Part shown: in pieces, positions 63,602 to 64,000 of the stretch
Layout of the letters: each line of letters starts with the position of its first letter
How positions within the stretch are numbered: the first letter of the stretch is position 1
NCBI GenBank assembly: GCA_025362395.1
Contig: JANYGK010000063.1
Span: 28,955-92,954, forward strand
Reading direction: 5' to 3'
Source of the DNA: Bacteroidota bacterium
GTDB taxonomy: Bacteria > Bacteroidota > Bacteroidia > B-17B0 > Aurantibacillaceae
DNA length: 64,000 nt
Notes under the pieces: model-generated
What the model was told of the DNA's origin: nothing
The model's input: the letters and a program-made list of their open reading frames with translations, nothing else
The model's database searches: none
Program-made: the position numbers and the translations under genes

Positions 63602-64000
63602 ATGGAACTTTTAAAACAAAATGTCGCAAAACATATCAGCCTGTTACCGGATGAAATGGAACGGTTCTGTGGGCCATTTATTTTGAAAGAAGTCAAGAAA
63701 AAACAATTCCTTTTAAAAGCAGGTGAAGTCTGCAGGTTCGAAGCGTTTGTAAACAAAGGCTGCTTTAAGATCTTTTATCTAGATACAAAAGGAGTAGAGC
63801 ATATTTTATATTTCGCGGTTGAAGATTGGTGGATCGGTGATATTGACAGTTTTACTACCCAAACTCCTGCTCAACTTTATATTGAAGCATTGGAAGACAG
63901 CGAAATATTCTTCATTAGCAAGAAAGATAAAGAAGAACTGTACAATAACTTGCCTAAGGTTGAAAAGCTGTTTCGCATTATGGGTCAGAAAACGTGTGTT
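63602..64000 (+). CDS. Crp/Fnr family transcriptional regulator, N-terminal cNMP-binding domain only (runs off the right edge)
   Basis: ATG at 63602. MELLKQNVAKHISLLPDEMERFCGPFILKEVKKKQFLLKAGEVCRFEAFVNKGCFKIFYLDTKGVEHILYFAVEDWWIGD... stays open to position 64000. Not in the ORF track because no stop lies in the window. Confidence 0.8.
   Translation, partial: MELLKQNVAKHISLLPDEMERFCGPFILKEVKKKQFLLKAGEVCRFEAFVNKGCFKIFYLDTKGVEHILYFAVEDWWIGDIDSFTTQTPAQLYIEALEDSEIFFISKKDKEELYNNLPKVEKLFRIMGQKTCV

Noticed and set aside
1-64000. Search for CRISPR arrays, defence systems, toxin-antitoxin pairs, intact transposases/integrases, rRNA and tRNA genes
   Set aside because: No regularly spaced repeats, cas-like genes or nuclease/methylase/RT-like ORFs were seen. 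The only recombinase is the decayed relic at 17160..17720, and the only structured RNA gene found is ssrA.

Overview
Low-GC Bacteroidota chromosomal segment. The phylum call rests on type A T9SS C-terminal sorting domains, a split KdpD sensor with a sigma54-type response regulator, and a tmRNA tag ending in YAMAA. Most of the window is ordinary housekeeping, stress and ion-homeostasis genes: an Mla-like ABC system, two tandem-Usp proteins, AI-2E, Na/Pi and P-type ATPase transporters, BON, Dps, lpdA, pyrE, upp, lon, a CCA-type nucleotidyltransferase, and a 15 kb potassium/cation block on the minus strand (43.3-58.1 kb) running kdpFABC, porin, corA-like, porin, ynfA, SPFH, kup, kdpD N-terminal module, histidine kinase. 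No CRISPR array, defence system, intact transposase or prophage was seen. Features not in the ORF track: (1) a cobalamin riboswitch (40438..40620, minus) whose only possible target is a T9SS-secreted protein of unknown function; (2) ssrA/tmRNA (17731..18098, minus) with a decayed serine recombinase at its 3' end; (3) next to that relic, a decaying AT-rich island holding a MocR regulator and a five-gene Cys/Met/His-rich operon (thioredoxin-fold CPVC protein, secreted Met/His-rich protein, two DUF2024-like CxxCH paralogues, Cys-tailed MarR-like regulator); (4) kdpF plus a second small hydrophobic ORF; (5) a partial Crp/Fnr gene at the right edge. Also notable: a T9SS protein with a complete lysyl-oxidase catalytic domain, divergent from a lysine-ketoglutarate-reductase-like gene; a gene-directed motif TGTGAATTRTRYAA upstream of five stress/ion transcription units; a short inverted-repeat intergenic element family, one copy inside the kdpB-kdpC spacer; a homopolymer frameshift at the start of a porin gene; and several gene relics. 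All family calls come from reading motifs by eye; no database search was run.
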